Assembly: GCA_965218435.1 (NCBI GenBank)
Contig: CBDCKW010000009.1
Span: 736,001 to 800,000 of the forward strand
Origin: Truepera sp.
Lineage (GTDB): Bacteria; Deinococcota; Deinococci; Deinococcales; Trueperaceae
Direction: 5' to 3'
Length of the DNA: 64,000 nt
Position numbers and translations under genes: made by a program
In this document: positions 10,413-20,232 of the stretch, piece by piece
Position numbering within the stretch: the stretch's first letter is position 1
Layout of the letters: each line of letters opens with the position of its first letter
The notes under the pieces: generated by a model
Databases searched by the model: none
Told to the model about the DNA's origin: nothing
Seen by the model: the letters and a program-made list of their open reading frames with translations, nothing else

Positions 10413-11609
10413 TTAACGGGCGTTCCAAGCAGGGGTGGGAAAACTGAGGTCGGCTTGGGCTGAGTTTTTAGGAAAGACCGTGACAAACGCGCCGCCCTGC
10501 ACCTGCTGTGCGAGCATCGAAAGCGGGTTTTGGTTCTGAAAGCCGTCGTAATCTTCAAATTTGATGGGGCCGTAGGCCGTTTCGGTAAGGTCGGTCGCTT
10601 TAAGTGCGTCGCGTACCGCGTCGGGGTTCGTATCGGCGGCGCGGCCCAGCGCGTCGGCGGCGGTGATCAGACCGGCGTAGGCTTGCGCGGCGTGGTACGA
10701 CGGCTCGGTGCCGCCCAGCTCTTCTTTCAGCCGCGTATAGAGGTCCTCAGCGCCCGGATAGGCCGCGTCTTTCGTCCAGGTCGTCGCGGTGACCACATAG
10801 TTGGCCGCTGCTCCCGCCCCGTCAATAAAGTTCGGCAGGGCAAACCCGGCTGCGCCCCCGGCGAAGAGTTTGGGATTTAAGCCGACTTCGCTCGCTTGGC
10901 GCAGCAGCCCGACCGAATCTTCGGCGTATGAGACCATAAACACGATGTCGGGCGCGTCTGCCGCGAAACGGTTTAGAATCGGGCGAAAATCCGTCACACC
11001 GCGGTCGTAGCTCTCTTGCTCGGTGAGGTCAAACCCGCGTTCTTCAGAAAGGCGCACCACAGCGTCAGCGACCGACGACTCGAAGGGGCCGTTGCCGTGA
11101 ATCAGGGCGATGGTTGAAAGTCCGGCGTCTTGGGCCTTATTAAGTTGGTCGAAGATGTCGAAAAGTACCGTCGCGTAGGCTGAAGCGGGCTGGTTGAGGC
11201 GGAAAGTCCACTCTGAGCCGGGGTTGGTAATCGCGTCTTCAGATGAGGTGAAGACCAAAAAGGGGTAGCCCTGCCGCGAAAAAAACTGGGCGAGCGGATT
11301 GGTAATCGAGGACGAGTACGCGCCGAGCACAATAGGTACGTCTCTGGATAAGCTTTCAGCGGCGGAAAGTGCGGCGTTGACGTCCGAGGTGTCGTCGCGG
11401 AGGACGAGTTCAACTTGCTGACCGTTGACCCCGCCGTTCGCGTTGATCTCTTCGAGCGCGACAGCAAACCCGGCCTGGTGCTGTTTGCCGAATTCGGCGT
11501 AGCGCCCGGTCAGGCTGGTAATCACGCCGATAGGCAGCGTATCTTGAGCGAAAGCTGCGCCTAACGTTAAAAGCACGGCCGAAAAGAGTGTTGCGGCGGA
11601 TCGCTTCAT
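10413..11609 (-). CDS. ABC substrate-binding protein (LivJ/K family)
   Basis: Signal peptide; SLTG, EEINANGGVNG, DDTSD, GAYSS. Confidence 0.87.
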   Translation of the reverse strand: MKRSAATLFSAVLLTLGAAFAQDTLPIGVITSLTGRYAEFGKQHQAGFAVALEEINANGGVNGQQVELVLRDDTSDVNAALSAAESLSRDVPIVLGAYSSSITNPLAQFFSRQGYPFLVFTSSEDAITNPGSEWTFRLNQPASAYATVLFDIFDQLNKAQDAGLSTIALIHGNGPFESSVADAVVRLSEERGFDLTEQESYDRGVTDFRPILNRFAADAPDIVFMVSYAEDSVGLLRQASEVGLNPKLFAGGAAGFALPNFIDGAGAAANYVVTATTWTKDAAYPGAEDLYTRLKEELGGTEPSYHAAQAYAGLITAADALGRAADTNPDAVRDALKATDLTETAYGPIKFEDYDGFQNQNPLSMLAQQVQGGAFVTVFPKNSAQADLSFPTPAWNAR

Positions 11610-11629
11610 CACTTCCTCCTAATTTGGCT

Positions 11630-11676
11630 ACTGGTATACCAGTGAGATACTAGCAACTTCACACAATTGCTGTCAA
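11630..11676 (-). promoter_or_regulatory. Promoter of the ABC operon with a FadR/GntR-type operator
   Basis: Minus-strand TTGACA-18nt-TAGTAT; perfect palindrome ACTGGTATACCAGT (11630-11643) just downstream; divergent GntR gene. Confidence 0.7.
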
Positions 11677-11752
11677 TAATAGAGGTATGAAGAGGTCACT
11701 AAACCCTGTCACGCTTAGGTTTTGGACTCGAGCCGCTGGTTTGAAAAGCTAG

Positions 11753-12457
11753 ATGGTCACTTCACCAAGCCCCAAGTTCTTGTCTGAACCTAAAAACAGT
11801 GAAAAATGCAGCGACGACCGCCGCATGTTCTTAAAAGACCGCGCCTACGAAGAGCTGAAAACGCTGATCTTGAGCGAGGCGTTGCCGCCGGGGAGCTTTT
11901 TGTCCGAACGGACGCTCGCCGACAAGCTGGGGATGAGCAAAACGCCGGTGCGTTCAGCGATTGAACGCCTCGAGAACGAAGGCTTTGTCAGCGTCTCACC
12001 GCAGCAGGGCGTCGTCGTCCGGGCGCTGACCCCTGAAGAGATTCGCAACCACTTTGACCTTCGCATTGCTTTAGAGACCTTTGTTGTGCGGCGGCTGACC
12101 GGGACGCTGAACGCGGCGCAGCGCACGCAACTCGAGGCGAAGTTACGCGAACACGACCGTGCGCTCGAAACCGGCGACGTGGCGCTCGCGGCCTCGAGCG
12201 ACCTTGAGTTTCACCTGACCCTGTGCCGGTTTTGGGGCAACGAAGAGCTGCTGCGGGCCTTATGGTGGCATCACGACGTTTTGTTTCGCACCGTTCACAA
12301 GCTCTACCGCGACGACCGCTTTTTTCAGCGGGTACAGCAAAATAGTCTGGAGCATGAAACGCTCCTTAAACTGCTCGGCGAAAGAGACGGCGACCGGACG
12401 GCTCGGTATCTGGAAAAGCACCTCGAGTTCGGCAAGCACCTAATTTTTATGGGCTAA
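11753..12457 (+). CDS. GntR family (FCD domain) transcriptional regulator
   Basis: LSERTLADKLGMSKTPVRSAIERLENEG wHTH; DLEFH and EH of FCD. Confidence 0.92.
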   Translation: MVTSPSPKFLSEPKNSEKCSDDRRMFLKDRAYEELKTLILSEALPPGSFLSERTLADKLGMSKTPVRSAIERLENEGFVSVSPQQGVVVRALTPEEIRNHFDLRIALETFVVRRLTGTLNAAQRTQLEAKLREHDRALETGDVALAASSDLEFHLTLCRFWGNEELLRALWWHHDVLFRTVHKLYRDDRFFQRVQQNSLEHETLLKLLGERDGDRTARYLEKHLEFGKHLIFMG

Positions 12458-12493
12458 GTGTGCGGGCTGGTTGTATAGACGTCGGCAACTTTA

Positions 12494-13003
12494 GTGAGGA
12501 TTTATCTTTTGACAAACGTTTACATTCGCAAAGCCTCACCATCAGACCAAGCGTTTTTAGAAGAGATGCTTTACCAGTCACTCTACGTTCCTAAAGGTCA
12601 TCAGCCTTTTGCCAGGGAGGTTATCAGGCGTCCTGAACTCGCCAGGTATGTAGAAGATTGGGGAAAAGTGGGGGACATAGCCCTGCTTGCAACTGATCCA
12701 AAAAACGATTTGCCTCTGGGCGCAGTTTGGCTTCGCCTTTTGAAAGGGGAGAAGAAAGGTTACGGCTACGTTGACGATAGAACGCCGGAAGTCGGAATTG
12801 CGGTGCTCCCAGCTTATCGTGGTCAAGGTGTTGGGACAGGGTTACTGGAGCAACTATTTAGAGACGCTAGGCCGTACTACGACACTATTTCTTTGAGCGT
12901 TGCTAAAGGTAACCCAGCCATCAACCTCTACCAGAAGCTGGGGTTTAAGCCGGTTCGTGAAGATGACACCTCAGTCGTTATGCTAAAAAACCTGCCTACA
13001 TAG
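12494..13003 (+). CDS. GNAT family N-acetyltransferase
   Basis: AVLPAYRGQGVG, NPAINLYQKLGF. Confidence 0.9.
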   Translation: MRIYLLTNVYIRKASPSDQAFLEEMLYQSLYVPKGHQPFAREVIRRPELARYVEDWGKVGDIALLATDPKNDLPLGAVWLRLLKGEKKGYGYVDDRTPEVGIAVLPAYRGQGVGTGLLEQLFRDARPYYDTISLSVAKGNPAINLYQKLGFKPVREDDTSVVMLKNLPT

Positions 13004-13071
13004 CTTATGAAGCGTGTGAAGAACACACCTTTGTAAGGCTTTTGTGACTTTTGTACTGCTAAGCTGCCCAC

Positions 13072-13377
13072 ATGTCAGCCGCACCACGCCTGTTATCTCT
13101 GCTCGAGGACCACGGTCTCGACCCCGCTACGCCCCCCGACCCCGCAGCGTGGCAAGCCTTTGTTGCTGAGCTGAGCCGCACTGAAGCGGGTAGCGACGAC
13201 CCCGACTTAAACCCGTACGAGGTAACGCCTGCTCCCGGCGTTGCCGCCAGCGCCGCCCAAAAAGTCCAAGCCGACGCTCAGTCGGGTGAATGGTACAAAC
13301 AAGCGGTTGAAATCTCACCAAACGCCATTTTTTTAATAAATCATCTGCGAAATAAGTACACGATCAGAATAAAGTAG
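13072..13377 (+). pseudogene. N-terminal fragment of a probable PAS-domain sensor protein, truncated by the IS
   Basis: WYKQAVEISPNAIFLI resembles a PAS start; the frame runs into the IS end at 13337. Confidence 0.55.
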
Positions 13378-14384
13378 CTAGGCTTAGAGAAAGGGTTTAA
13401 GTCGGCTTACCAAGCCAGAGCATCTAACTTTCTGAAGTTATGAAGCCCCGCGATAGCTAAGAAAGTGTCATCATAAACAGCTTTTGGGCCTCGGTAGATA
13501 CCCGCTAAGAGCTTAAAGCGTTTCAAGTGAGCCAGTGTGTGCTCGACAGGAAAACGCAGGCTGTTTTGAACTTTGTTGAGGCATTTCTGGATGAAGTCCA
13601 GGGGTTTGTTTCTTCTAGCTTTGCTGGGCTGATGGAAGGTTCTATGGGGAAAATCCTTATCAATACCGTCATATCCTTTGTCCACTCGGACCTCGGTAGC
13701 CGTAGGTAAAGCTCGTAACACCCCGGTACCTCTAAGGACGTTGACGTCGCTGAATTTGCCTGGTAAAGAACGTGTCACATGAAGGATAAGCTTTGTGTTG
13801 GTGGCAGTGATTTGGGTCTTGAGCGTATGTCGCTTTTTCTTACCTGAATACTTGTCTCTGCGTTCTTGCTTGTCTTTGGGTTTCTGGATTTCTTGCTCGG
13901 TAGCATCAACCAAGACTTCCTTGAACTCAGGATGCTGCTCAAGCAGTTCTTCTAGGCTTGCGATACGCTTTCTTTTAGCTTGACCAAAAAGAACTGTCTC
14001 GTGCGCTGGTAAGGGGAGAACCTCAAGTAGTACAGGTCGAAGTTTGCTGATCAAACGGCTGACGTTACTATCATCCAAGTTGAATAAGTAGCCTAGTAGC
14101 AGCTGGGTCAGGTACAAACGGTAATACAGCAGCACCCCTAAAACCTGATCCTCTACCCCTAGTTCTGCCTTGCGTCCCCCGCCTACTGCACGTTGACGTA
14201 ATTTGCCCTGGGTGCCTTTTGGTTCGGCAAGGCGTACTTCGACCGCTTTACTAAGCAACTTGAACTGCTCGACGCTTAAACCTGTGAAGTTATACAGATG
14301 CTTGGGCTTTCTCTTTAAGCGGCTCGCTTTCATCCTGCTAGTTTAGTCCTTTGACTCCTTCGGCGCTATTTCGCAGATGATTTA
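13337..14384 (-). mobile_element. IS5-family (ISL2/DDE_Tnp_4-type) insertion sequence
   Basis: Perfect 18-bp inverted repeats TAAATCATCTGCGAAATA (13337-13354) and TATTTCGCAGATGATTTA (14367-14384), terminal TA included, around an intact transposase. Confidence 0.9.
13407..14333 (-). CDS. Transposase (HTH_Tnp_4 + DDE_Tnp_4)
   Basis: FTGLS, GGGRK, VDATE, YSGKKKRHTLK, DKGY, RFPVEH. Confidence 0.92.
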   Translation of the reverse strand: MKASRLKRKPKHLYNFTGLSVEQFKLLSKAVEVRLAEPKGTQGKLRQRAVGGGRKAELGVEDQVLGVLLYYRLYLTQLLLGYLFNLDDSNVSRLISKLRPVLLEVLPLPAHETVLFGQAKRKRIASLEELLEQHPEFKEVLVDATEQEIQKPKDKQERRDKYSGKKKRHTLKTQITATNTKLILHVTRSLPGKFSDVNVLRGTGVLRALPTATEVRVDKGYDGIDKDFPHRTFHQPSKARRNKPLDFIQKCLNKVQNSLRFPVEHTLAHLKRFKLLAGIYRGPKAVYDDTFLAIAGLHNFRKLDALAW

Positions 14385-15011
14385 GTGTAATAGCTGACTA
14401 CCGAATGGCCCCGTGCGTATTGCGTTTTTCTTTTGTGCTGCAACGTCGGAAACTTTTACGCGAGGCCATTTTTGGGCCGCTTCTTTGCCGAACATCTCTA
14501 AAAACACCGTTTGCAAGTAGGTATCAGAAACCGTAAGCCCGTACCTTCTAAGCCGCCGCAACCGGTCAGCTTTGGCGAGGATAGCAGCGAGACGTTTTTG
14601 CTCGAGGAGTGACGGGATTTCTAACTCCAAATCTTCTAAACTTCTACGGCTGACGTGCGGGATAGTCGCACCTGTGGCATTTTCTTGAAGGTAGTCAAAT
14701 TTGCTTTTTAGAAAATAGCCTAAGTACGGTGTAAATATATTTCGACTGTTGAAGCGAAGAATTGCGATTGTACTGCCTATGTAGCCATCTAATCCAAATC
14801 CGATTGTTCCGGCGTTAGCCCCGTCCCAAGCAATAAGCACGTCGTTTTCGTTCGCAAGTACGCCTTGCTCATCACGGGCGTATTGTAAGAAACTGTCAGT
14901 ACGCAAATCGTCAATTTGAATGTAACGTTGCGTGTTCTCTTGAGAAGTTGTGTAAACTTCAGGCGCTTTTCGTCCTTTCAAAATAGTTATTTCATCACCC
15001 AGACGGTTCAA
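14382..15011 (-). CDS. hsdS: Type I RM specificity subunit, truncated to one TRD plus conserved helix
   Basis: GATIPH, IPSLLEQKRLAAIL...LFLEMFG-like conserved region; the second TRD stops at TGPFGSQLLH at the IS end. Confidence 0.85.
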   Translation of the reverse strand: MNRLGDEITILKGRKAPEVYTTSQENTQRYIQIDDLRTDSFLQYARDEQGVLANENDVLIAWDGANAGTIGFGLDGYIGSTIAILRFNSRNIFTPYLGYFLKSKFDYLQENATGATIPHVSRRSLEDLELEIPSLLEQKRLAAILAKADRLRRLRRYGLTVSDTYLQTVFLEMFGKEAAQKWPRVKVSDVAAQKKNAIRTGPFGSQLLH

Positions 15012-16726
15012 GCCAACAACCCCATAATCTGCCGCGCTTCTGACGCCATAATCTCCTCGAGCGTCAAAAGCCGCTGCATCGTCACCTGAGGGCTTTCATA
15101 ATACGTCTCGTCTTGCTCGACTTGCCGGTAACGACTCGCCGAAAGGTCGTACTTGTTCGCCCGCACCCTCTCCTTGCTGACCCAAAACTGCCGTGTGAGC
15201 TGCTCGAGCTGCGCTTGCAAGGGTGCAATCTGTGCGCTTACGGCGTTCAGTTTCTCTTGGTCGGTGTCTAACAGCGTCCGAGCCGCCTCCGCCGCGTCCC
15301 CGTCCGCTGCAATCACGCTTTCAAAGGTCAGGCGGTTGATTTCAGCCTGCATCCGCAGGCGTTTCTCTTTGAGCGGTGCCAGTTCGGTCTTGAGCTGTTC
15401 GATGTGCGCTTGGCGCGTTTTGGTGAATACAGGGTTACGCCGTTCGCGCCAGCACGTCAGGATGTCGGGGATGTCGTTTTCGCGCACCTTTTGGCGTTTG
15501 TCGTCGAGGCTGAGGCCGTCAAACGCCATGTCGTAAAACCAGATGCGTTCAGTTTTTGCGCCCTTGGTAAAAAACAGTACCGCCGTCGAGACGCCCGCGT
15601 AGGGCTTGAAGACGCCCGAGGGCATCGAGAGTACGCCCTCCAAACGGTTTTCTTCTATGAGCTTTTTGCGGGTCTCAGTGTGCGCTTTGGACGAGCCGAA
15701 CAACACCCCGTCCGGGACGATGACGGCGGCGCGTCCGCCCATCTCGAGGGCGCGGAGCATCAGGTGCAAGAAAAGCAGTTCGGATTTGGTCATGGTCGTC
15801 GGCAAGGTGTCCGACACGTCGCCCTTGTCTACCGCACCCTTAAACGGTGGGTTCATCAGCAGTACGTCGTAGACGCTGGTTTCAGTAAAGCTTTTCGAGA
15901 GCGTATCCGCGTGCTCGAACTGTGGCGCGTTGATGCCGTGCAGCATCAGGTTCATCGTGCCAATACGCAGAAGCGTCATGCCGGAGTCGTTGTCGAAGCC
16001 GCGCAGCCCTTCCGGACCTTCTAAGTGGGCGCGCAGTTCCGGGCTCAAGAGGTCGCCGACGGCGTTGTGGATGGTGCCGTCAGGGTCACGCTCCAACACG
16101 TCCTCGCTGGTGTTTTGCTCGAGGATGTACTCGTAAGCGTTTGCCAAAAATCCTGCTGTGCCCGCTGCCAGGTCGCCGATGCGTTCATGCGCTTTTGGCT
16201 CAACCATCTCGACCATCATCCGAATGATGTGGCGCGGCGTGCGAAACTGACCGTTACGGCCTGCCGTTGAGAGCTTGTTCAGCAGGTACTCGTAGAGGTC
16301 GCCCTGTACATCGCGGTTTTGGGCGCTGATTTGCATCTCGCCGATGAGGTTGCACGCTTCGACGAGCGTGCCGGGTTTGTTGAGTTTCAGCTCGGCGTTT
16401 TGCATGTAGCGGGTGAACGAGCCTTCGCTGTCGTTGCTCAGCGCCCGGAACCAAGGGAACACGGTACCGCGCAGGTGGTCTAACATCTCCCGCGCCTGAA
16501 AGTTCGTCCAGTGACTCCAGCGCATCTTTTGAGGGACGTTTGGGGTGTACGCTGCGCCGCGCATTGACGCGCTGCGTTCACGGGCCGTTTCGTTTTCATC
16601 AAGCCGTTTCAAAAAGAGTAGGTAAGAAAATTGTTCGATGGCGTCGAGCGGGTTCGACAGGCCGCCCGTCCAGAGTTTGTCCCAGAGTTGGTCAACTTGG
16701 CTGCGGAGTTTGGGGTCGGTAAGCAT
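15008..16726 (-). CDS. hsdM: Type I RM N6-adenine methyltransferase
   Basis: GQFRTPRHII, AAGTAGFL, NPPF, VPDGVLFG. Confidence 0.93.
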   Translation of the reverse strand: MLTDPKLRSQVDQLWDKLWTGGLSNPLDAIEQFSYLLFLKRLDENETARERSASMRGAAYTPNVPQKMRWSHWTNFQAREMLDHLRGTVFPWFRALSNDSEGSFTRYMQNAELKLNKPGTLVEACNLIGEMQISAQNRDVQGDLYEYLLNKLSTAGRNGQFRTPRHIIRMMVEMVEPKAHERIGDLAAGTAGFLANAYEYILEQNTSEDVLERDPDGTIHNAVGDLLSPELRAHLEGPEGLRGFDNDSGMTLLRIGTMNLMLHGINAPQFEHADTLSKSFTETSVYDVLLMNPPFKGAVDKGDVSDTLPTTMTKSELLFLHLMLRALEMGGRAAVIVPDGVLFGSSKAHTETRKKLIEENRLEGVLSMPSGVFKPYAGVSTAVLFFTKGAKTERIWFYDMAFDGLSLDDKRQKVRENDIPDILTCWRERRNPVFTKTRQAHIEQLKTELAPLKEKRLRMQAEINRLTFESVIAADGDAAEAARTLLDTDQEKLNAVSAQIAPLQAQLEQLTRQFWVSKERVRANKYDLSASRYRQVEQDETYYESPQVTMQRLLTLEEIMASEARQIMGLLA

Positions 16727-16822
16727 GGGTCTCCTTCGCTCGAGCATAAAACGCACGTCGGCGTCTTGTCGAGAAAATCTTTATACGACAGTTTGGAGTA
16801 CGTTTTGTAGTACAGTTCTGTT

Positions 16823-17065
16823 ATGAAAGTTCAAATCAGTGCCCGTATTGACGAAGGCTTGGCAGGGTTTCTCGAGTCATATCAGCAGAAGCACGACGTC
16901 AAAAACCGCAGCGAAGTTTTAGAACGGGCCATCGAAGCCCTGCGTGAGCGCGTTCTATCTGAAGAATACGCACAGGCGATGGAAGAGTGGGAAGGCTCGG
17001 AGGACGCGAAGCTTTGGGATCAAACCGTAGGTGACGGCATCGCCCCCGGCGAGCGGTGGGAGTAG
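16823..17065 (+). CDS. Ribbon-helix-helix antitoxin (MazE-like)
   Basis: MKVQISARID...RSEVLERAI; acidic tail WDQTVGDG; directly upstream of the toxin. Confidence 0.8.
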   Translation: MKVQISARIDEGLAGFLESYQQKHDVKNRSEVLERAIEALRERVLSEEYAQAMEEWEGSEDAKLWDQTVGDGIAPGERWE

Positions 17066-17069
17066 CGCC

Positions 17070-17417
17070 TTGAGACGGGGCGACGTATACCTGACCGACT
17101 TTGAGCCAGTAAGGGGAAGCGAGGCTAACAGCGTCCGTCCGGCAGTTATTGTGAGCCGCGACGCCCTCAACGAGGTGGTTGATGAACGCGGATACGGCGT
17201 GGTTACAGTCGTGCCACTGACCAGTAACATCACGCGGGTGCTTTCTTTTCAAGTATTTTTGTCAAGCGAAGATACGGGTCTTAACGAAGACAGCAAGGCG
17301 CAGGCCGAACAGGTAAGAGCAGTGAGCGTAGACCGGCTGAGGCGACGCTTGGGGAGCGTTCCCGCGCCGCTTATGGTGCAACTTAACAGTGCCCTGCGGC
17401 TTCACTTGGCGCTCTGA
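17070..17417 (+). CDS. mazF: MazF/PemK family endoribonuclease toxin
   Basis: RRGDVYLTDFEPVRGSEANSVRPAVIVS, VVPLTS, SKAQAEQVRAVS; TTG start inferred. Confidence 0.9.
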   Translation: MRRGDVYLTDFEPVRGSEANSVRPAVIVSRDALNEVVDERGYGVVTVVPLTSNITRVLSFQVFLSSEDTGLNEDSKAQAEQVRAVSVDRLRRRLGSVPAPLMVQLNSALRLHLAL

Positions 17418-17430
17418 AGCTTGATGTGGT

Positions 17431-20232
17431 TCAAGCTCCTGCGTTCGTGATAGAAAGGGTTTGGGTAAAGGCGAGGATATTCTTACGTTCAGCCTCGGTA
17501 AAGAAGTGGTCGGCGGCGTCCTGACCAAAACTTGTTAAGGGTGCTTCGTAAAGGTCGGCGATGTGCAGGTGGCGCTGCCGCACCAGCACGCTCTTAACCG
17601 CCCGCAAAAAGCGTATCTGATTAGCGTTGAAGGTTTGCGCGGCGATGTAGGCGTCAAACTGCCTACCGACGACCTCGGCGTATTCGCTCAACTGCTCATT
17701 CGCAAGGTGATAACGTAAAAATCCTAAAAGGCTGCCGACACTAACGCCGTAGACGCGTTTAGTCGTGCGAGGCGAAAACTGCAAAAAGCTCTCTTCAAGT
17801 TCTTCATGCAGGGTGCGCTCGAGGGCGATAAGCTCCTTGTCGCTGATCGGCTGACCGGTAGACAAGGCTTGCATCGTCGGGTGCTTTTTGATGATTTCGT
17901 GGACGCGCCCCTCAACCCGCTCACGGTACGCTTCGGCATAGAGCGGTTCACCGTGTTCGTCCAAAACGATGTGACTACGATAGTCAATTATGTCCTTAAG
18001 GTCGAGGTTGACAAAGATACTTTCACGGTTTTGACGGTTTTTCATCTCCGGTGCAAGCTGATGGATGAGGTCGTCAAGTTGACCCGCGCTTCCGGTAGCG
18101 AGGGTTTCGGAAAGGGCGAAGTTGTAGATCGCACGCTTTTCAGGAGCTTCAGTTACAAACGCGGGTAAGCGACCCACGTCATCCCGGATTGAGGTCAAGG
18201 TGGCGTTCGTCGCCTCTTTGGTGAGGGTCTCGAGCTTGAGCCGTTCAACTTTGTTGGTAAACGTCTCCCCAGCCACGTCTACTTCGGACGTCAGACGCAG
18301 AAGCGGCCCGACCTTGGCCTTCAGAAAATCCAACTTGTTCGCGTTCAAATACGTCCAAAAGCCTTCGTCCCAGACGCTCCCGATTTCAGCCTCAGCTTGC
18401 TGAACCTTATAGGTATCGCGGGGGAGGCGTGCCACCATCTCCCGAAGTACCTCCTTTGTTGCCTGCGCTTCGGGCACGTTCTGATTCGGTAGGTAAGCCC
18501 GCATCAGTTTGAGGCGGGTGTTGAAGACCGAAACCAACACCGGAAGACTTGGCGCGGGCGCTTTGCTCGGGTCTTTTTTGAAGTCATTTTCCCAGAAATC
18601 GAGGATGAGAAAGCTTTCTTTTTTGCCGTCCGGCAACCACTCGGGGTGGGTACACGCCTCATGGGTACGGGTACCGCGCCCGATCATCTGCGCCAGTTTG
18701 ATGCCCGACTGCACAGGGCGCATAAAAACTAGGTTGATAACCTCCGGGACGTTGACGCCGGTCTCGAGCATATCTACGCTGATAGCGATACGCGGCTGAC
18801 TTTCTTTCTTAAAACGGTCAATCAGCGTGCCTTTGTATTCGCTTTTATAGGTAATGACGGCGGCAAGGTTCGGAAACTGCGGGTACATCTCGTCGAAAAC
18901 GTCTTTGAGCCGGAGGGCGTGGTCTTGGGTCAGCGCAAAGACGATGGTTTTACCGATAAGCCCCGCGTCGTCATAACGGCACGCACTCATCAGTTCGTCC
19001 CACTGCCGCCGCAAGGTGTCTTTGTTGCTCACAGTGCGCTCGAGGTCGCTCCCCGAGACGTCTAACTCATCGGGGTCAATCCCTTGCTCGAGGAGCGCAA
19101 ACTTGGTCTCTTCGTCGAGCTCGGCCCCTTTGATGCCCTTGCGCTGAAATTTAGTCTGCGCGGCCTGCAGGTCAAAATCCATCAGGTAGCCCTCTTCGAT
19201 GGCTTGACGGTAGCCGTAGTTGCAGGTCGGCACATTGTCGGGACAGCCGAACTCGACAAAGGTGTTGCGGTCAACGAACTCAGCAGGTGTCGCCGTCAGG
19301 CCGATCATCCGCCCGTCGAAATACTGCACCACGTCGTTCCATTTGTTAAAGATCGAGCGGTGAACCTCATCAAAGATGATGAGGTCAAAAAACGCAGGCG
19401 TAAACTCTCGAAAACACTGGTTGAGCGTTTGCAACGTCACCACGAACAAGCGGCTCTCACGCTCGATGCGGTGTCCATAAATACGTGAGGCAGGTTCATC
19501 GGTTAGATGGTCTTGAAAACCTTCTACAAGTGCTTGCGACACAAGCGCGTCGCGGTCGGCAACAAATAGCACCCGCCTAGCCTGATTGCTGTCTAAAAAC
19601 AGTTTGACGAGCGCCATTGCGGTACGAGTTTTGCCGGTGCCGGTTGCCATCACTAAGAGTGCACGGCGACACCCCGCTTCAGACGCTTCGGCGACGCGCC
19701 GGACGGCCTCGTGTTGATAGGGCCGATTGATAATCTCGGCGTCTAGCGGCGTGGTGCTGAGCGCGAGTGCGTTTTGACGCATGAAAAGCTGCGCCTCGAG
19801 GTCAGCTCTGGAAAAGAAACCCTGTACTTCGCGTTTAGGTGCGTCGCCTACGTCCCAAAAATAAGTTTTGGTGCCGTTGGTCATGAAAGCAAAGGGGCGA
19901 ATAGCTTGACGTTTCGCAATTTCCTCAACGTAGGAACGGGTCTGCGCTTCGGCTAAGCGGATGTCAACGCTGGCACGCTTCGCTTCAACGACCGCTAGGA
20001 CTTCACCATTTTCGCGGTAGAGGACATAATCACTGATACCTGCTGGAAACGTCGCCTCGGTCGGGACGCCTTCGTGCGCGAGCTGCGCTTTAAGCGCGTG
20101 CCAAGCTCCAGCATCACCGTCCACCGGAATTTCTAGGCCGACTTGGGTGGAGTCGTTGACAGCCCAACCTGCCGCCTCGAGCTTGGGGTCAATCTGCGCT
20201 TTGCGGGTTGCGGCCTCACTAGGTTCGCTCAT
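17431..20232 (-). CDS. hsdR: Type I restriction endonuclease subunit R (EcoEI-like)
   Basis: DYVL...VEAKR nuclease motif, MATGTGKT, DEVH, GLTATP, QMIGRGTR. Confidence 0.93.
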   Translation of the reverse strand: MSEPSEAATRKAQIDPKLEAAGWAVNDSTQVGLEIPVDGDAGAWHALKAQLAHEGVPTEATFPAGISDYVLYRENGEVLAVVEAKRASVDIRLAEAQTRSYVEEIAKRQAIRPFAFMTNGTKTYFWDVGDAPKREVQGFFSRADLEAQLFMRQNALALSTTPLDAEIINRPYQHEAVRRVAEASEAGCRRALLVMATGTGKTRTAMALVKLFLDSNQARRVLFVADRDALVSQALVEGFQDHLTDEPASRIYGHRIERESRLFVVTLQTLNQCFREFTPAFFDLIIFDEVHRSIFNKWNDVVQYFDGRMIGLTATPAEFVDRNTFVEFGCPDNVPTCNYGYRQAIEEGYLMDFDLQAAQTKFQRKGIKGAELDEETKFALLEQGIDPDELDVSGSDLERTVSNKDTLRRQWDELMSACRYDDAGLIGKTIVFALTQDHALRLKDVFDEMYPQFPNLAAVITYKSEYKGTLIDRFKKESQPRIAISVDMLETGVNVPEVINLVFMRPVQSGIKLAQMIGRGTRTHEACTHPEWLPDGKKESFLILDFWENDFKKDPSKAPAPSLPVLVSVFNTRLKLMRAYLPNQNVPEAQATKEVLREMVARLPRDTYKVQQAEAEIGSVWDEGFWTYLNANKLDFLKAKVGPLLRLTSEVDVAGETFTNKVERLKLETLTKEATNATLTSIRDDVGRLPAFVTEAPEKRAIYNFALSETLATGSAGQLDDLIHQLAPEMKNRQNRESIFVNLDLKDIIDYRSHIVLDEHGEPLYAEAYRERVEGRVHEIIKKHPTMQALSTGQPISDKELIALERTLHEELEESFLQFSPRTTKRVYGVSVGSLLGFLRYHLANEQLSEYAEVVGRQFDAYIAAQTFNANQIRFLRAVKSVLVRQRHLHIADLYEAPLTSFGQDAADHFFTEAERKNILAFTQTLSITNAGA

